From Octopus sinensis (lineage: Eukaryota): DNA of 64,000 bases. Below the pieces are notes generated by a model. The model had not been told where the DNA came from, searched no databases, and saw nothing but the letters and a program-made list of their open reading frames with translations. Positions within the stretch are counted from its first letter, which is position 1. Each line of letters begins with the position of its first letter. The stretch lies in assembly GCF_006345805.1 (NCBI RefSeq), contig NC_043002.1, forward strand, positions 35,154,001 to 35,218,000, written 5' to 3'. This document shows positions 24,000 to 37,369 of the stretch, one piece after another. Both the position numbers and the translations under genes were made by a program.

Positions 24000-24955
24000 A
24001 TTCCATTCATTCCCCAGCTTAAAGAGACAAGCCCCATTCTGTGCTCAGGTCAAGGAATAGAATGCAACTGCCAATAACTGTACACCCATCAATACCTAGC
24101 ACCTTCCAGTTTGCCATTTTCTGCAAGGATTCCCTCACCTTCTCTCTTCCAACTGCACCATAGTTCCATTCCCCAACATGCATTCTCATCTCTCCTCCTA
24201 CAGCCACTATACTCGCCTCCCTAACATCCTCCACATTTAACAGCTCACTAAGATACTCTGCCCATCTCTTTTGTAGATCCTCACTTCCTTTCAACAAATT
24301 TCCATTTATATCCTTCATCCTGTCTTCCCTTCCTCCAACCTCCTTTTTTACCCTCTGTACCTCACACCCCATTCCAACCATATACTTCAGAGGCACATCT
24401 CATTACTGCCCCTCACTCCTCCTCATTTCCTACCTCCTGTTTCTCAACCTGGTCATATTTACCCATCAGTTTCTCTAAGTACTCCTGCTCCTTCTCTCTC
24501 CTATCCAGTTTACTCACCTTCACAACCTCTCTCTTCCCTGTAATTTGTCTTGTATACCAATTTAAACATACCTTCAACTTACCCTGTCCTAAGAAGTGAT
24601 CTGACACTCCTCCACCTCTCATTACATGCACATCCACCAACCTTCCTACCGCTCTCTTGTCAATTAATATATAATCCATCAAGACTCTATCCACTACGGT
24701 TCCTCCCTCCACCCGCTACCATGTGAACTTATTCTTCTCCCACTTTTTAAAAAGACTATTCCCTACCATCAACTCCTGCTCCACACACATTTCCAACAAC
24801 TTCCTTCCACTCTCATTCCAGCCAGGAACTCCATATTTTCTACTTTATCATCTTAGCTCACTCAACCATCTTGAGGCATATAAGAAACCTCATGTATCCT
24901 ACGTAAGGGATCTGCCTCTACCTTATAATCAGCTACCTATACTCCATTGACCATT
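24000..24955 (-). mobile_element. RTE-type LINE ORF2 endonuclease/linker fragment
   Basis: LMDYILIDKR...GVSDHFL (APE endonuclease C-terminal motifs) and MKDINGNLL...RWAEYLSELLNVED. Confidence 0.75.
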
Positions 24956-25222
24956 ACTCATTTTGTAATTATGATATATTCTCTAGAAGATAATTTTAAT
25001 AAATCAAGAATTTATGTTGTAGGTATTTCATACACTTGTATTTCTGTGTTGTTCAAATACACGCGACTGGCCATTCTGCGTTATTTCTTTTAGCTCGTCT
25101 TATTTAAATTATACATATGAATGTAGTCGGAATATGATCGTATAAAGTCAAACAGCACGAGGTCAATGAAAATCTCAACTTGTAACAATTATTCCTCTTA
25201 ACTTTTTTTTTTTTGGTATCAC

Positions 25223-25400
25223 CTAGCGGATAAATGACGAAATACAAAGGGGAAACAACTTTAAAATTTAAAACTTGTTAGTATAGAGCACTCACTGTTT
25301 ACATGTGAAAAGTTGACAAAGGTTGTGTGTAAACAATAGAGTTTTATGTCCCTTCGATGATGCGGTAATTATAATAGAAGTGAAATACATAACAATGGTG
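25223..25400 (-). promoter_or_regulatory. Putative non-coding first exon/promoter of the USP gene
   Basis: Minus-strand donor TAG|GTGATA (intron starts at 25222), in a locally CpG-richer stretch just beyond the TE block. Confidence 0.3.
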
Positions 25401-26339
25401 TGGGGGAAACTTATTTTCGTGTCCTAACTTTAACTTAAAGTATATAGTACTTTCTCCAAACTTAAATGTTGATTTGTTACTTTTGAAATCCCAAGTATAG
25501 TTGTTCCAAACAATAAAGTAAATTCTGTATTTTTCTTGAGTAAGAGGCTGGACAGTTACATGGAATCGAATTTTACTTCATTATACACTCTAACTTCTGA
25601 CATTGGCACAAAGCCACACATTTTGATAAAGTATATTAAATCCACTACAGTACTTGAACTGGTATCAAATTCATAAATATGGACATATAAAAATTATCAT
25701 GGTAGGAATTGAACTCAGAAAACAACAGGATGTAGCCTAATACTAATTTTACTATCCACTACCTTTTCGAATTAAATATAAACATGTACACAAGTACGCG
25801 TTCTCATTAAATGAAATCAACAATATTTCTTGATATATCAGATATTAAAAATATTTCTCAACCATATAAACACAGTTGTATATAATTAGTAGCATATATA
25901 CCTGGATCATGCCTCTCAGCAGTCAATAATGCATCTAGCGTCAATCCGTGTGTACCAATAATTTGGTAACAATAATTATAGCGTTAAATATAACTTCCTG
26001 TGCAAAGGGATATAACCGTTGACTTCTTGTAGGCGGTGACAAATTATACTTTTGGCGTATACTTAATTAATATCATATCTACGTCAAAAGCAGTATTGTT
26101 TTATTGTAAAGCAAAACTATTAATACTAATATGTGAATAAGAGGTGGATGTGGGATATATTGTAAAGTTCTAATATCGAAGAATATTTCGTAATTTCATT
26201 TAATATTGTTACTTTACAATGTATTTAATATTATCAGGTATGCAAACAAGAATAATTAAAAGGGTTAAAGTTAACACCTGGCCACCAAAACAATAAAAAA
26301 AAAAAAGTTTCACAAGTATAAGAAAATGTGTATAAAATG

Positions 26340-27209
26340 AATATGAAAACAAAAATTTGCGCTAACGAACCGGTGGGGGTGGGGTGAGGAGAGGACTTTC
26401 AGAAAATTCGCAATATCCGATTTCTTCCATCATAACTTTTAGGAAAATTGATATCTTTCAATGAAATTTTATATAAATTCCTTTCAAACGGCATATATTA
26501 CGATTATAAAGAAATTTGTGAGGAAAATATTTTCCCAGGGGGTGGGGAGAGGACTTTCGGAAAACTCACACGATCCGATTTTTTCCCTCATAACTTTTAG
26601 GGAAATGGATATCTTTTAATGAAACTTTATATAAAGACCTTTCAAATGGCAGAGATTACGATTATAAAGAAATTTATCGGGAATATTTTTTCAGAGGAGT
26701 GCGTTGGTGCATTTTTATACTGTAAAACATTGAACATAGCTCTTCTTACCTCCAACGGGGGAAATGTGCTACAAACAACAGCTAAATCGCCGTTAACTTT
26801 TTTCCATAGTGAAACCATATTCAACACCGTATTTATGAATTTATTTCTCTCACCATGATACATGGGATCTTTTAAAAACCTTTTTCTTTTACTCAAACGA
26901 AAAATAAATAAATCTAGAATATTTAAAAAAAAAATTTTTTTTCATTACTTTCAAGAAAAAAATAATTTATGAATTTCTTTCTCTTCGAAAGTCCTCTCCC
27001 CACCCTTCTGGAAATTTTTTTCCCCCCACAAATTTCTTTATAATCGTAGTCAATGCCGTTTGAAAAGATCCAGGCATTTATATAAAATTTTCTTAAAAGA
27101 AACCATTTTCCTAAAAGTTACGCGGGAAAAAATCGAATCTTGTGAATTTTCCGAAAGTCCTCTCTTCGCTCCCATCCGGTTCGTTAGCGCAAATTTTTCT
27201 TTTCATATT
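26340..27209. mobile_element. Foldback/MITE element with long TIRs built of ~160-bp subrepeats
   Basis: atatgaaaacaaaaatttgcgctaacgaaccgg ... ccggttcgttagcgcaaatttttcttttcatat. gaggactttc occurs at 26391 and 26549, and its reverse complement at 26987 and 27153. Confidence 0.85.
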
Positions 27210-28109
27210 TGTTTAATACTTACTTTGGCAAAAGTAAAAAATACGCACACCCGGTGTTTAGATTTAGGGTTAGGGTTTTTGCTACGCCGAAAACGGATGG
27301 TGTACGTTTTCTTTACCTCCGTGTATGGAATTTCCATGTTTTGAACACTTGAGATTCTAACTGAGCAAAACAAAAGTTGCCCCTACATCCCCTTTGTGAC
27401 AGCATTAAAAGTGATTAATTTGGAAAAATGATTTCTTTCAATTTATACAAATCGTCAGCACTATTATATGACTTGCACTTTTTCATTTTTCCAAATTCAT
27501 TTAATCTTAACACGAATATATGCTATATGGCATTGTGTATGGGGTTTACGATTAAGACTCCATCTGCATATAAAACAAAAAAAGCATATGTAGTGGATCT
27601 TGCAGGCATGATGTAGATTCGATCCTAGATAGCCAAATTTAAATTAAAGCTTCAACAGAACTTTTCTCACGGTAAAACAATAGTTTTTCTGTGACAGCAG
27701 TTTATATTTACCAGATGCCTTAGCTAAGCAAAATAATGTTTTTGCATTTGACTCTTCTAACCTCTTATAAGCCACCAAAAGCCAGATTTAAGATAACAAG
27801 TACCACCAATGAAATCTATTGTTCTCAACGATACGTCTATCCTTCTGGATAGTTATAAAAACAAGAACCCCCAAGCAAAATTCAGTTAATCGGTGAGTGA
27901 CAACTCGAGTGAGAGACAGCTACCATCAGTTAGTAAACGGACTGCTAGAATTATGGTCACAAGCAGGCAGCTACTATAGACAAATGGTCAGAGGGAGAAA
28001 GAAGTTTATGATCAGCAACTATGAGACACAACTTCCCTTAACTCTACAACTCTCACTGGCTCACTTTATTTTCTCTTACAACATCACTCTATTTCTATCT
28101 GTAATTTCT

Positions 28110-28800
28110 ACTACACATGACTGACAAGACCAATACAAGATAGGCAGATCCTAGGGCACTGCAAGTGACACCGAACAACAGTCACAGGGGGTTGATGATG
28201 ATGTCTCCTCCTCTCTTCATGCAGTCTCCTGTATTTGGTTTCAAAGCACTCAACTCCAGTTAGGGACTCCACTCCACTGGAAGGGACACCACATAAAATG
28301 CTTGAGAGGATCATGAACACAAAGTTTTGGACATCCAGCCTCAGTCTCACTGAAAAGGAACATCTTTGGGAGCCAGTTACCCAACATTTGATTTACATGG
28401 CCCACCCAGCAGAGAAGACAATGAAGGATGCAAGCCTCAATGTTGTAGATACCAGCTCTCAGGAGGATTTTTGTATGAGAACCTTATCCTTCCACATGAG
28501 GCTGAGGATACTTCAGAGTGATCTGAAATGAAACACTTCCAGTTGTCTAATCTGGTACTGATAAAGGTTACATCATTCATACCCATACAGGAGGGTGATA
28601 CACAGACAGCTCAATAAGTGGAGATCTTTGTACTTGCTCTAAGTTTCTTGTTCTGAAAGACTCATTTGCTGAGTCTCCTGAACGATGCAGAGGCCAAGGA
28701 GTTCACCTACAGGAGAGAAACATCATCAATAAGAATGGGCTGAGAAGGATGTGAGTATGGAAAGGCTGATTCACTTGAAGACCAAGCTGAGAATAGGTAC
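28110..28800 (-). mobile_element. Degenerate RTE LINE ORF2 3' portion
   Basis: Minus-strand translations include an AVCVSPSCMG.. (A-V-V-I-S-T-L-L-Y-G-like) remnant and the terminal CPRICLSCIGLVSH zinc motif. Confidence 0.55.
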
Positions 28801-29488
28801 TGTTCATTGAGTTTGTCGTGGGTTAAAGAGAGGAAGAGGTATGAGATGGTGTAGCTGAATTGTCAGCATACTGAATCTTGTACACTGTGGTTAATAGGTG
28901 GGTGAATGTAGTGTGACTGGCCCATGGGAACAGACATACTATAAGCATGCGTCTCTAGATCAAGGGTAGATGAAGAAGAGAGGGCATGTGACTTAGAGAT
29001 CAGGGCGATCGTGGGTTTGTGGGGTTTCCACGAAAGCCTTTGGAAGTCTCCCTTTTTAGTGATATTATTAACATTTTCATTGTTATTGTTATTTACAAGT
29101 TTCAATCCCATTTTATTTGAATTGTATTTGTCTGTACCGTCACCAATCTTTTATATAAACCCTCAGCGGTTAACAGAAAAAGATTATTATTATTACTACC
29201 ATGCATCCGATTGAGTCGAAGAAGCAAATTAATATGAGTGAAGGCGTTTCTGAATGTATTGAATTATGTTAGGACATCTAATTTACAACACCGTTGTCAT
29301 TTAGACTAGGGAAACATTGTCAGTAACACCGCCCATCATATATTACGAACATAATGCTGTTTATGTGAATGTTTCATATGTAGTGATTACTCTTATAAAA
29401 TCATATAAGCACTGTCCCTCCAAATCGATGAACCATAATAGATTATTTTCACATTTCTCAGTTTGTTAAGAATTCCTCGAAAATCAAT

Positions 29489-30634
29489 ATGGATGACGTT
29501 AATCACTTGGACACTTTAAACACAACAGATTCAGTTACACAGACACACAGCGATGGGAAGACTTTACGTAGTGAAACATTTACTAAACAAACATCATTAC
29601 ACGGAAATGTTAGTGAATATAGTTGTGAGATATGTAGGAAAACATTCTCCTCGGAACAAGAAGTCTTCGCACACAAAGAAATACACAATAAGGAAAAGCC
29701 ATACCAATGTGAAATATGTGGAAAATATTTTGTCAATAACAGTTGTTTGACGAGGCATAAAAGACTACATACTGGGGAAAAACCTTACTATTGTGAAATA
29801 TGTGGGGAATCTTTTATTCAGAATTCGTGTCTTGTTGCCCACAAACGTAGTCATACTGGAGAAAATCCGTTTCAGTGTGAAATATGCGGGAAATCTTTTC
29901 TGGATAATAGTAAATTAACAACACATAAACGAATTCACACGGGAGAGAAACCGTTTCGCTGTGACGTGTGTGGAAAATCTTTCACTCAGAATTCTCATCT
30001 TGTGGTTCATAAAATAATTCACACGGGGGAAAAACTCTATCAGTGTGAAATATGCGGGAAGTCATTTGTGTCTAACAGTAACTTGACAATGCACAAAATA
30101 ATACACTCGGGGGAAAAACCGTTCCACTGTGAAATCTGTGGGGCATCTTTCACTCAGAATTCTCATCTTGTTATTCACATACGTAGTCATACCGGCGAGA
30201 AGCTGTTTCACTGTGAAATCTGTGGGAAATCATTTATAAATAACAATCACTTAAAAAGGCATAAACGAATACATACAGGTGAAAAACCTTACCCCTGTGA
30301 AATCTGCGGAAAATCCTTTGTTGATAATAGCGATTTAACAAAACACAAACGAATTCACACGGGAGAAAAACCGTTCAGTTGTGAAATATGCAGGAAATCC
30401 TTCACTAATAATTCGAAACTTGTTATCCACAAACGTAGTCATACTGGGGAAAAGCCTTTCCGCTGTGAAATATGCGGGAAATCTTTCATTGAAAATTTTA
30501 AGCTTACAATCCACAAACGTAGCCACACTGGGGAAAAACCCTACCACTGTAAAATGTGTGAGAAATCTTTTGTATCTAATGATTACTTAAAAAGGCACGA
30601 ACAGATGCACATTGGTAGGAAAACTTTAAATTGA
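29489..30634 (+). CDS. C2H2 zinc-finger protein (ZNF-B), 12 tandem fingers, 381 aa
   Basis: Twelve CxxC...HxxxH repeats (mostly CEICGKSF) with HTGEKP linkers. Acceptor ttttcacatttctcag| at 29461, 27 nt before the ATG. Confidence 0.95.
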   Translation: MDDVNHLDTLNTTDSVTQTHSDGKTLRSETFTKQTSLHGNVSEYSCEICRKTFSSEQEVFAHKEIHNKEKPYQCEICGKYFVNNSCLTRHKRLHTGEKPYYCEICGESFIQNSCLVAHKRSHTGENPFQCEICGKSFLDNSKLTTHKRIHTGEKPFRCDVCGKSFTQNSHLVVHKIIHTGEKLYQCEICGKSFVSNSNLTMHKIIHSGEKPFHCEICGASFTQNSHLVIHIRSHTGEKLFHCEICGKSFINNNHLKRHKRIHTGEKPYPCEICGKSFVDNSDLTKHKRIHTGEKPFSCEICRKSFTNNSKLVIHKRSHTGEKPFRCEICGKSFIENFKLTIHKRSHTGEKPYHCKMCEKSFVSNDYLKRHEQMHIGRKTLN

Positions 30635-31699
30635 GAAACATGAGAATGTTTTCTCTTGTAAGTGTTAAAACTCAAAGTTTACAAACATTCAGCATCTATC
30701 TATCTATCTATCATGGTGAATGAATATGTCGGAATTCATTCTCTTTGAATTCTCATATTGCTGCCTACAATTTTGTTATCGCTTGAGAAAAACTTTTGGC
30801 GATCCTTCGGTATATGTTCCGTAAGTACTGGAAGTGGCTTTGTTTACATTTCTGAAGATAACAGAAACCCTTTCCTCTCACCCCTAACCCCCCATATATA
30901 TATATATATATATATATAAAACACTTTCTTGAAATGTATCCGGTACTTCCGGGTAGTATACCGAAGTTACGCCGATATATGTTTATTATAAAACACATCT
31001 CGATTTGAAGAGGTAGTTTGCCTAAGGAACGAATTATTTTCGGCGGTTTTGGTAGTTAGGTTCACTCAAAATATATAAAAAAACCATAGCAAAAACAAAT
31101 TTCATCTTCAAAGCAAGACAGGTGTTTTAGTAAAAATTTACCGAAAAAAAAAATAATAAGTACAGCAATTTAAAATATGTAGGGAATCATTCAGTGTTAA
31201 ATAATTTTACACTTGTAATCTACTGCTGAATACAAACACAAACACATTTTCAGTAGAAATTGTATTAAAATTATTTGCTGGAACTCAATCTTTGAGTTCT
31301 AGTCTTGTAATCCACAGCTATATAACTAGAGCTTCTTACAGAAACACAATCTCATTAATCACGACTGGAAAACAGGGGTAATGCCTTGTAAATGTGAAAT
31401 TTGTGGAGAATTAGTCTCTCCAAAAGCCTTGTCATACGTGAATATATACAGAAGGAAAATATTGAGAACATTTTCTATGAATAGAGGTAAAGAAGACAAC
31501 TTAAGAAATATTTTTGATATAAAATTGTGACAAAATTTACACATTAATATGTTTATTAAAATCTGATAATTATAATATTTGTTGGTTGATATTTTCTGGA
31601 GAGTTCAAATCATCTTTTCTAAACTTATTTACCACATAAATTTTACATTTGTAAAGTATTTTAACAGTATGCTTATACCTAAGGCAGTTAGAGCATGGA

Positions 31700-32700
31700 A
31701 CATTTCTTACTCAGTCAATGATATTCTTGAACAGTTGTGGGCCCTGCATTCTGCCCAGCCTGAGCAATTGACCATGCCACTGCTCTCTACCTTCTTTACA
31801 CCTTCAGACCAGACTCTACTCTCTGAGCTTTTATTGAAAAACAAACTCATTCACAACTTCTAAATTCTACTTTCTGAGCCCAAACTGCTCCAACCTTTCC
31901 TGTGCCACCACTCCTTACTTTCAAAAAAATATAGGAATCTCACCAACCTCTTAGTAAGAAGCTCCATATTGCCTGGCCTCACACAACCAGGCATTTTTAA
32001 GTATGCCTGTTGATAGTGCAACACTTGCTCCTACAACACTACAACCATCACTGCGCCTTAGTCATGGTATCACATTACCCAGAACTTCTGTTGCACATCT
32101 TCCAACCTTAAAGTATCATCTGCAAACTCTACATCACTCTGTATTGAGGAAATGGGATGCGCCTTGCCAATTGTTTTTGGGTGCACATACAAAGCATGCT
32201 GCTTTGTATGCCTGGCCATCCTGTTGCCACCCACTCAAACACAAGCCATTTCATTGCTCACTTAGCTCGCAGCATCTTCATACACCCATGGACTATATGC
32301 TGAAAGAAATGGAAGGGCCAACATTATATATTCGAACTTGCTACCATGTCAGCAGTGGGTTTAAATGAACATTTTCTTTCTGCTCCTACCTATTCTTAGT
32401 TCAACAATCCCTTCTTATCCTTCAACGTCTCTCACTGCATTTTCTCCTTTCAACTGCTGCTCTTCATTTCATTTCTCTTTCCTTCTACTTCTTACCCACT
32501 TTCTACTATTACTTCTTGTCTATATATGAAGCTTATTTCTTGTGTTCCTCATCAGTTGCAGCCAGTTTCTCAAACTAGAGGATGTAAAACTCGACTGCCT
32601 CTTTTTAATTTCACTCCTGTCAAGCTTTCTCTGAAGAAAAACTCTATCTGAAATAGACTTTCCACTCTTTATGGCAGTTTTACTGCACTCTTTCAATAGA
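31700..32700 (+). mobile_element. Degenerate Penelope-like element 3' half (thumb, GIY-YIG, pLTR)
   Basis: Frameshifted remnants RNLTNLLVRSS, QNFCCTSSNL..ICK..LCIEEMG and MPGHPVATHSNTSH resemble PLE GIY-YIG regions. Confidence 0.6.
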
Positions 32701-33399
32701 TTTTTCTAAGTTTTGTCAACACAGATCAAAACCAGTTTCTTTGGATTCTGTTATATTTTATAGAGCATATTGATAGCTTAGTTTTAGTAACAATGGTCAT
32801 ATTGCTTCAATGATTGACAAGATAAAGGTGTCAGATATAGAGGCTCTTTTGTTGGCTCAGAAATTCTACCATAATGTCATAGTTATCAAGTCTTGATGTG
32901 TAACTGAGCAAGATCAAGTGACATCTAAGGATTGTAGATGACATTGGTAGTTGTCTAAACTGTTCTTTGATTTGTTTGTTGGGTAAATATTATCTTGCTT
33001 TCAGATAGCAAGTTATTTTTTATAAATATCTGGTTTCAAACAGGTTGAATTTCCTTTTCTGATAGGATTTTAGATGCCATGGATCTTTATATAGCACACT
33101 TGAAATATGAAAAGAGGTTGAGCCTTAAATCTTTCTGTTTCTCCAGTTTTCTATAACTATTTGAAGGCTTCTGATGTATTACCAATACTACACTAACTTT
33201 GGTAATCCATGTCATTCTGGTGTTGAATAGAATTCTACAGGTAGGTGGACATTTTGGTATTTGCTTTCTTGATAAATTCTAAAACTATAACAGTCAGTGT
33301 CTTGCAATTATGAATAATCTGTTGTCCCACCAATGCCAGCACAGAGAGCAGACATAAAATGAGGAAAGAAGAAAGGTTCATCCATTACATAAAATATAT

Positions 33400-34250
33400 G
33401 GGGCTAATGCAGTTTCGCACCTCTACTTGGAAAATGCATTAAAAAAAAAATTTTTTCAGTTTCCTACGTTTTAGACGTCGGAGATTACAAATATGCAAAA
33501 AAATAAATTTTAAAAAAATATTTCGCCCTACCCTCCAAATTTAAATTTTTGATTTTGTTTACTTTAAAGAGATCATAGTGAATTAACGAACATATGCAAA
33601 TTGAAATTAAATCCAGTCAAAAACATTAAAGTGAAAATTTGCGTAAATAAGAATTTAATTGATGCTTCCTAGGGCTAAATAATGGTGGTGTGATTCTCTT
33701 CATGGGACTGTCACATTAAGTTGAGTGTACAACTGCTCTAAATATACACCATTTTATGAGAAACAAACATTAATGTTTAATAATGGGCTCAAATTTCACC
33801 CTCTCGTCCAATTTTAAATTTTGAACATTTTCATCCATTTATTTATTTGTCTGTCTATCTATTTATCCCTATTCATTTATTCATAAAATATATTTGCCAA
33901 CTAAATGTGGCAGTCCTACAGAACAAGGTGTTACTACTGTTTTTAGCTCCAGGAAGACATTCATATCTATCTCTTTATACACATAGCTATATGCTTATTG
34001 AATTAAAAATTTTGAAAACGTGGTTTCTTGCATATTCGGAATCTCTGTCATCTAAAACATAAGGGGAAAAAAAATTTCGAAAAAGTTCAAAATTTTAAGG
34101 GATGGAGTGGTGGTGGTGGTGGGGAGGTATTTAAAAATTAATTATTTTTTTGCATATTCGTAATCTCTAACATCTTAAATGTAGGAATCTGAAAAATGTT
34201 TTTTAAAAAAATGCATTTTTGAAGGGGAGGTGCGAAACTGCATTAGCCCC
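33400..34250. mobile_element. Non-autonomous DNA transposon (Mutator-like) with ~150-bp TIRs and 8-bp TSD
   Basis: AAATATAT|GGGGCTAATGCAGTTTCGCACCT ... AGGTGCGAAACTGCATTAGCCCC|AAATATAT. Confidence 0.88.
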
Positions 34251-35789
34251 AAATATATACATTGGCAAAAACCTACATATCTATTTATATGATACCACTC
34301 TCCAGTCCTCTCTAACCTTGTTTACTCAAGTGTCATTCACATGCAACCTTAAATACTTTATGCCAAACCTACACTGACTTCATGAAGAGACCTTGTGAAC
34401 ATCCTTCAGTGGAATCATGCTAATCATGATAACACAGTAACTATTAAACATTACTGTATTCTTACCTATCTGTGTAAGATTGCCATATTCCACTATTAAA
34501 CATGAACAACATTCAAATAAAAACCCTCAAAGTCATTATGGATGTTAAGCCATACCATTTCCAGCAAAGTCTTTAGACAAATGCATGTCTTCATCAAAGC
34601 AAATCCAGCACCACAACCCATGGAATACTGCAGGTGTGTAAGATATGCACCCTATTTCTTTTTTCCCCCCAAAAAAAAATTTCTTTGGATTTTTATGTTT
34701 TCAACAAGTCCTTTTTTTTTAATGCAAATGAGCTTGATTTATTTAAAGATGGTGATTTGTCCACCTCCTTTTCAATCTCCCTGCCTGTTCCTCTGTGAAA
34801 AATATTGCTATAAGGTATCCTGAATGTGAATGGAACTCTAATTGAAAATGCGTCAGGTGGTAGGAAGAAGCAAAAAATGAGCCAAGTTGGTATTGTGAAG
34901 CAAAATCATTTGCAGGTTCATAATAATCTGTGAAGATGTAGCTGTTGAGAAAAATAATGAATCTTTAATTTTACAAAATCATGTCAAATTACTGTTTTGA
35001 TCTGAATCCTTAAAAAGTGTTTTTACACGGGTTGTTAGAGATTATTTGAAACATTTAAAACTTATCCAATAGAATACTGAAGAAAGAATTCTATGGATGC
35101 TCTCATGCTGGTCCAATAATGTTGCTATGGGAACTTCTGATGTATCAAAAATGGCTGCATCTGATTGGGGGAAATTTCCCGCAAAATATCAGTTCTTACA
35201 AAAAATGATTAGATTTTCCTAATTAGCATGAAGAACTACGCGTCTAAAAATGTTCTAAAAAAAAATCGGATCTGGTGTGTGAAACCAAAAACATCCCACG
35301 TACGACATAATTCCTTTCACTCAAATTCAACTTTCAGTTCCTAAACATTCTTCCAGTTTCATTTTGATGACGAATTTTCTAAAGTACTACCAAATATTTT
35401 ACTTTCATTTTATTACGCTGATCTTCGCCGACTCCAGTAACACTTTCTGGAAACGTCGCCAATACTTTTCAGTATTGACTTATAAACTTTTAGTAGTATA
35501 TTGTGATTGCTAAAGGAAATATACGTACCAACTACCAGTGTAAATTGGTCTACCCAATAGTGTTACACTGCTAAACTTAATGGTATTTTAAAGCAATGTG
35601 TTTGTGAATGGTTAATGGGTTGGATGTGGTGCTGAAGAAGGAGCAATAATTCCTGAAACATGCATATACACCCATTTTTTATTTTCGATCGCATTTTCAC
35701 ATAGACGTATTCATATACGAAACATCGTAACTTTCATTGCTGGCTCTAAATTATATAGAATATCTGTAAGACATAACTTAAAAAGTGAA

Positions 35790-36230
35790 ATAAATAAACG
35801 TATGTGCGCGCGCGCTTATTCGACACGAGCTTTCTCTCTCTATTTTCGTCATGCGCATTCCAACCGGATATTGACAGTTGTGCTCCACGCGGAAAGAACA
35901 CATGAATCGCACGACATCGGTTAAGAAAATAATCTGTTGAATATGGAACGTAAAAGCATTGCAAACAATTGCTTTTAACTATGCAGATGTATACAAACCG
36001 AGTAATAATTATATCTATAAACTGACACTCTTGACCACCACCTCTGACTTCATCGTTATTACTGTCATTTATACGAGGTAAATTTTTGTTATATTGTTTT
36101 TCCTCAGTCACTCGACTTCTTTCATTTATAATGCCTCTTATTATCGTATATTGAAACGAAAGTAAATTTTAAAAAAATTAAAGTACGAAATATTCCTTGT
36201 TTCTATTTTATACGTTACTGCTAAGGTAAA
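35790..36230 (+). promoter_or_regulatory. CpG-enriched putative promoter/first exon of ZNF-C
   Basis: tgtgcgcgcgcgc, tcatgcgcattcc and ccacgcgg lie in otherwise CpG-poor DNA. Candidate donors GAG|GTAAAT (36078) and AAG|GTAAAC (36226); acceptor at 38182. Confidence 0.45.
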
Positions 36231-36679
36231 CTGTCGAGAGTGATGTTAGTTTCTTGATGGCTGTAATGAGTTGTGTCAGTTGTTATGTGTTGAAGTACTT
36301 TTCAATTCATTCTGTGGCTAATATTACTCTTGAAGGAGGAACCCCGCCTTGGACTATCTCCACTAAGATCTGTCTCTGGTCAGTCTTGCTCGTGCGGTTT
36401 CCATGTAACTCGCAATCTTGTTGCTTACCTTGTAATCCAATTCATTCTCACGGTGCCTACTCTGTCACTCCTATCGCCCCTTACTATTATCTTTAAACCG
36501 TGTAACGTGACCGACCCATTTCTATTCTTGATGGTAGTGCGCTGTTATTGATTCCTCTCTGTTGTCGGATCCAGGTGTGTCCCTTCTGATCATGCAGAAT
36601 GACGCCGAACATTATACACTCCATCTTGTTCTGTACAGAATTTTTGCTGTAGAGGAGATACATAGCTGCTCATATTATA

Positions 36680-36890
36680 TAGCACGCCTGGCGAAATGCG
36701 TAGCCGTATTTCGTCTGCTGTTACGTTCCGAGTTCAAATTCCGCCGAGGTCGACTTTGCCTTTCATCCTTTCGGGGTCTATAAATTAAGTACCAGGTTAC
36801 GCACTGGGGTCAATATAATCAACTTAATTCTTTTTGTCTGTCCTTGTTTGTCCCCTCTGTGTTTAGCCCCTTGTGGGTAGTAAAGAAATA
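36680..36890 (+). mobile_element. tRNA-derived SINE, near full length
   Basis: gcacgcctggcgaaatgcgtagcc...ccgagttcaaattccgccgaggtcgactttgcctttcatcctttcggggtc...gtaccag. Confidence 0.85.
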
Positions 36891-37369
36891 CATATTATAT
36901 AGAAGTGGGTGATAGTATTTGTTGTGAAACTAGAAAAAGAAAGGGAAATGGTAGTAACAAGTTGTCATATGGACTCTAGTGGCAGGAAGGGTGGCTAGGT
37001 AATGATTAGAGGTTGAGTAGGGGTATGAATACACTGAATGATGATCAAGGGTTGAAGTGGTGGGTGGCTAGGTTGTTTGATGCTGAATGTGAGTTACATG
37101 GAAGGTAGTGAAGAGTATATGATGAAAGATTGCAAAGAATATAGAAGTGAATGATGAAGGGGTGATCATGGTCAGAGGTAGTTAGGCTGTAATTGGAAAT
37201 ACAGAATGAAGAGCTGGTTGTTTGTTCTCTCCAAAGATTGAAACTTTGAAGATTTTTTTTTTATTGTAACAATTGTAACTTCTGATGTTTAAAACCTACA
37301 AAATTGATAAGGAAGTATATTCATTATGGAAATTCCCCAAGAATGTAAATTATATATATATAATGGTTG

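Noticed and set aside
27264-27275. (TTAGGG)2
   Set aside because: Two units can arise by chance; this is not an interstitial telomere array.
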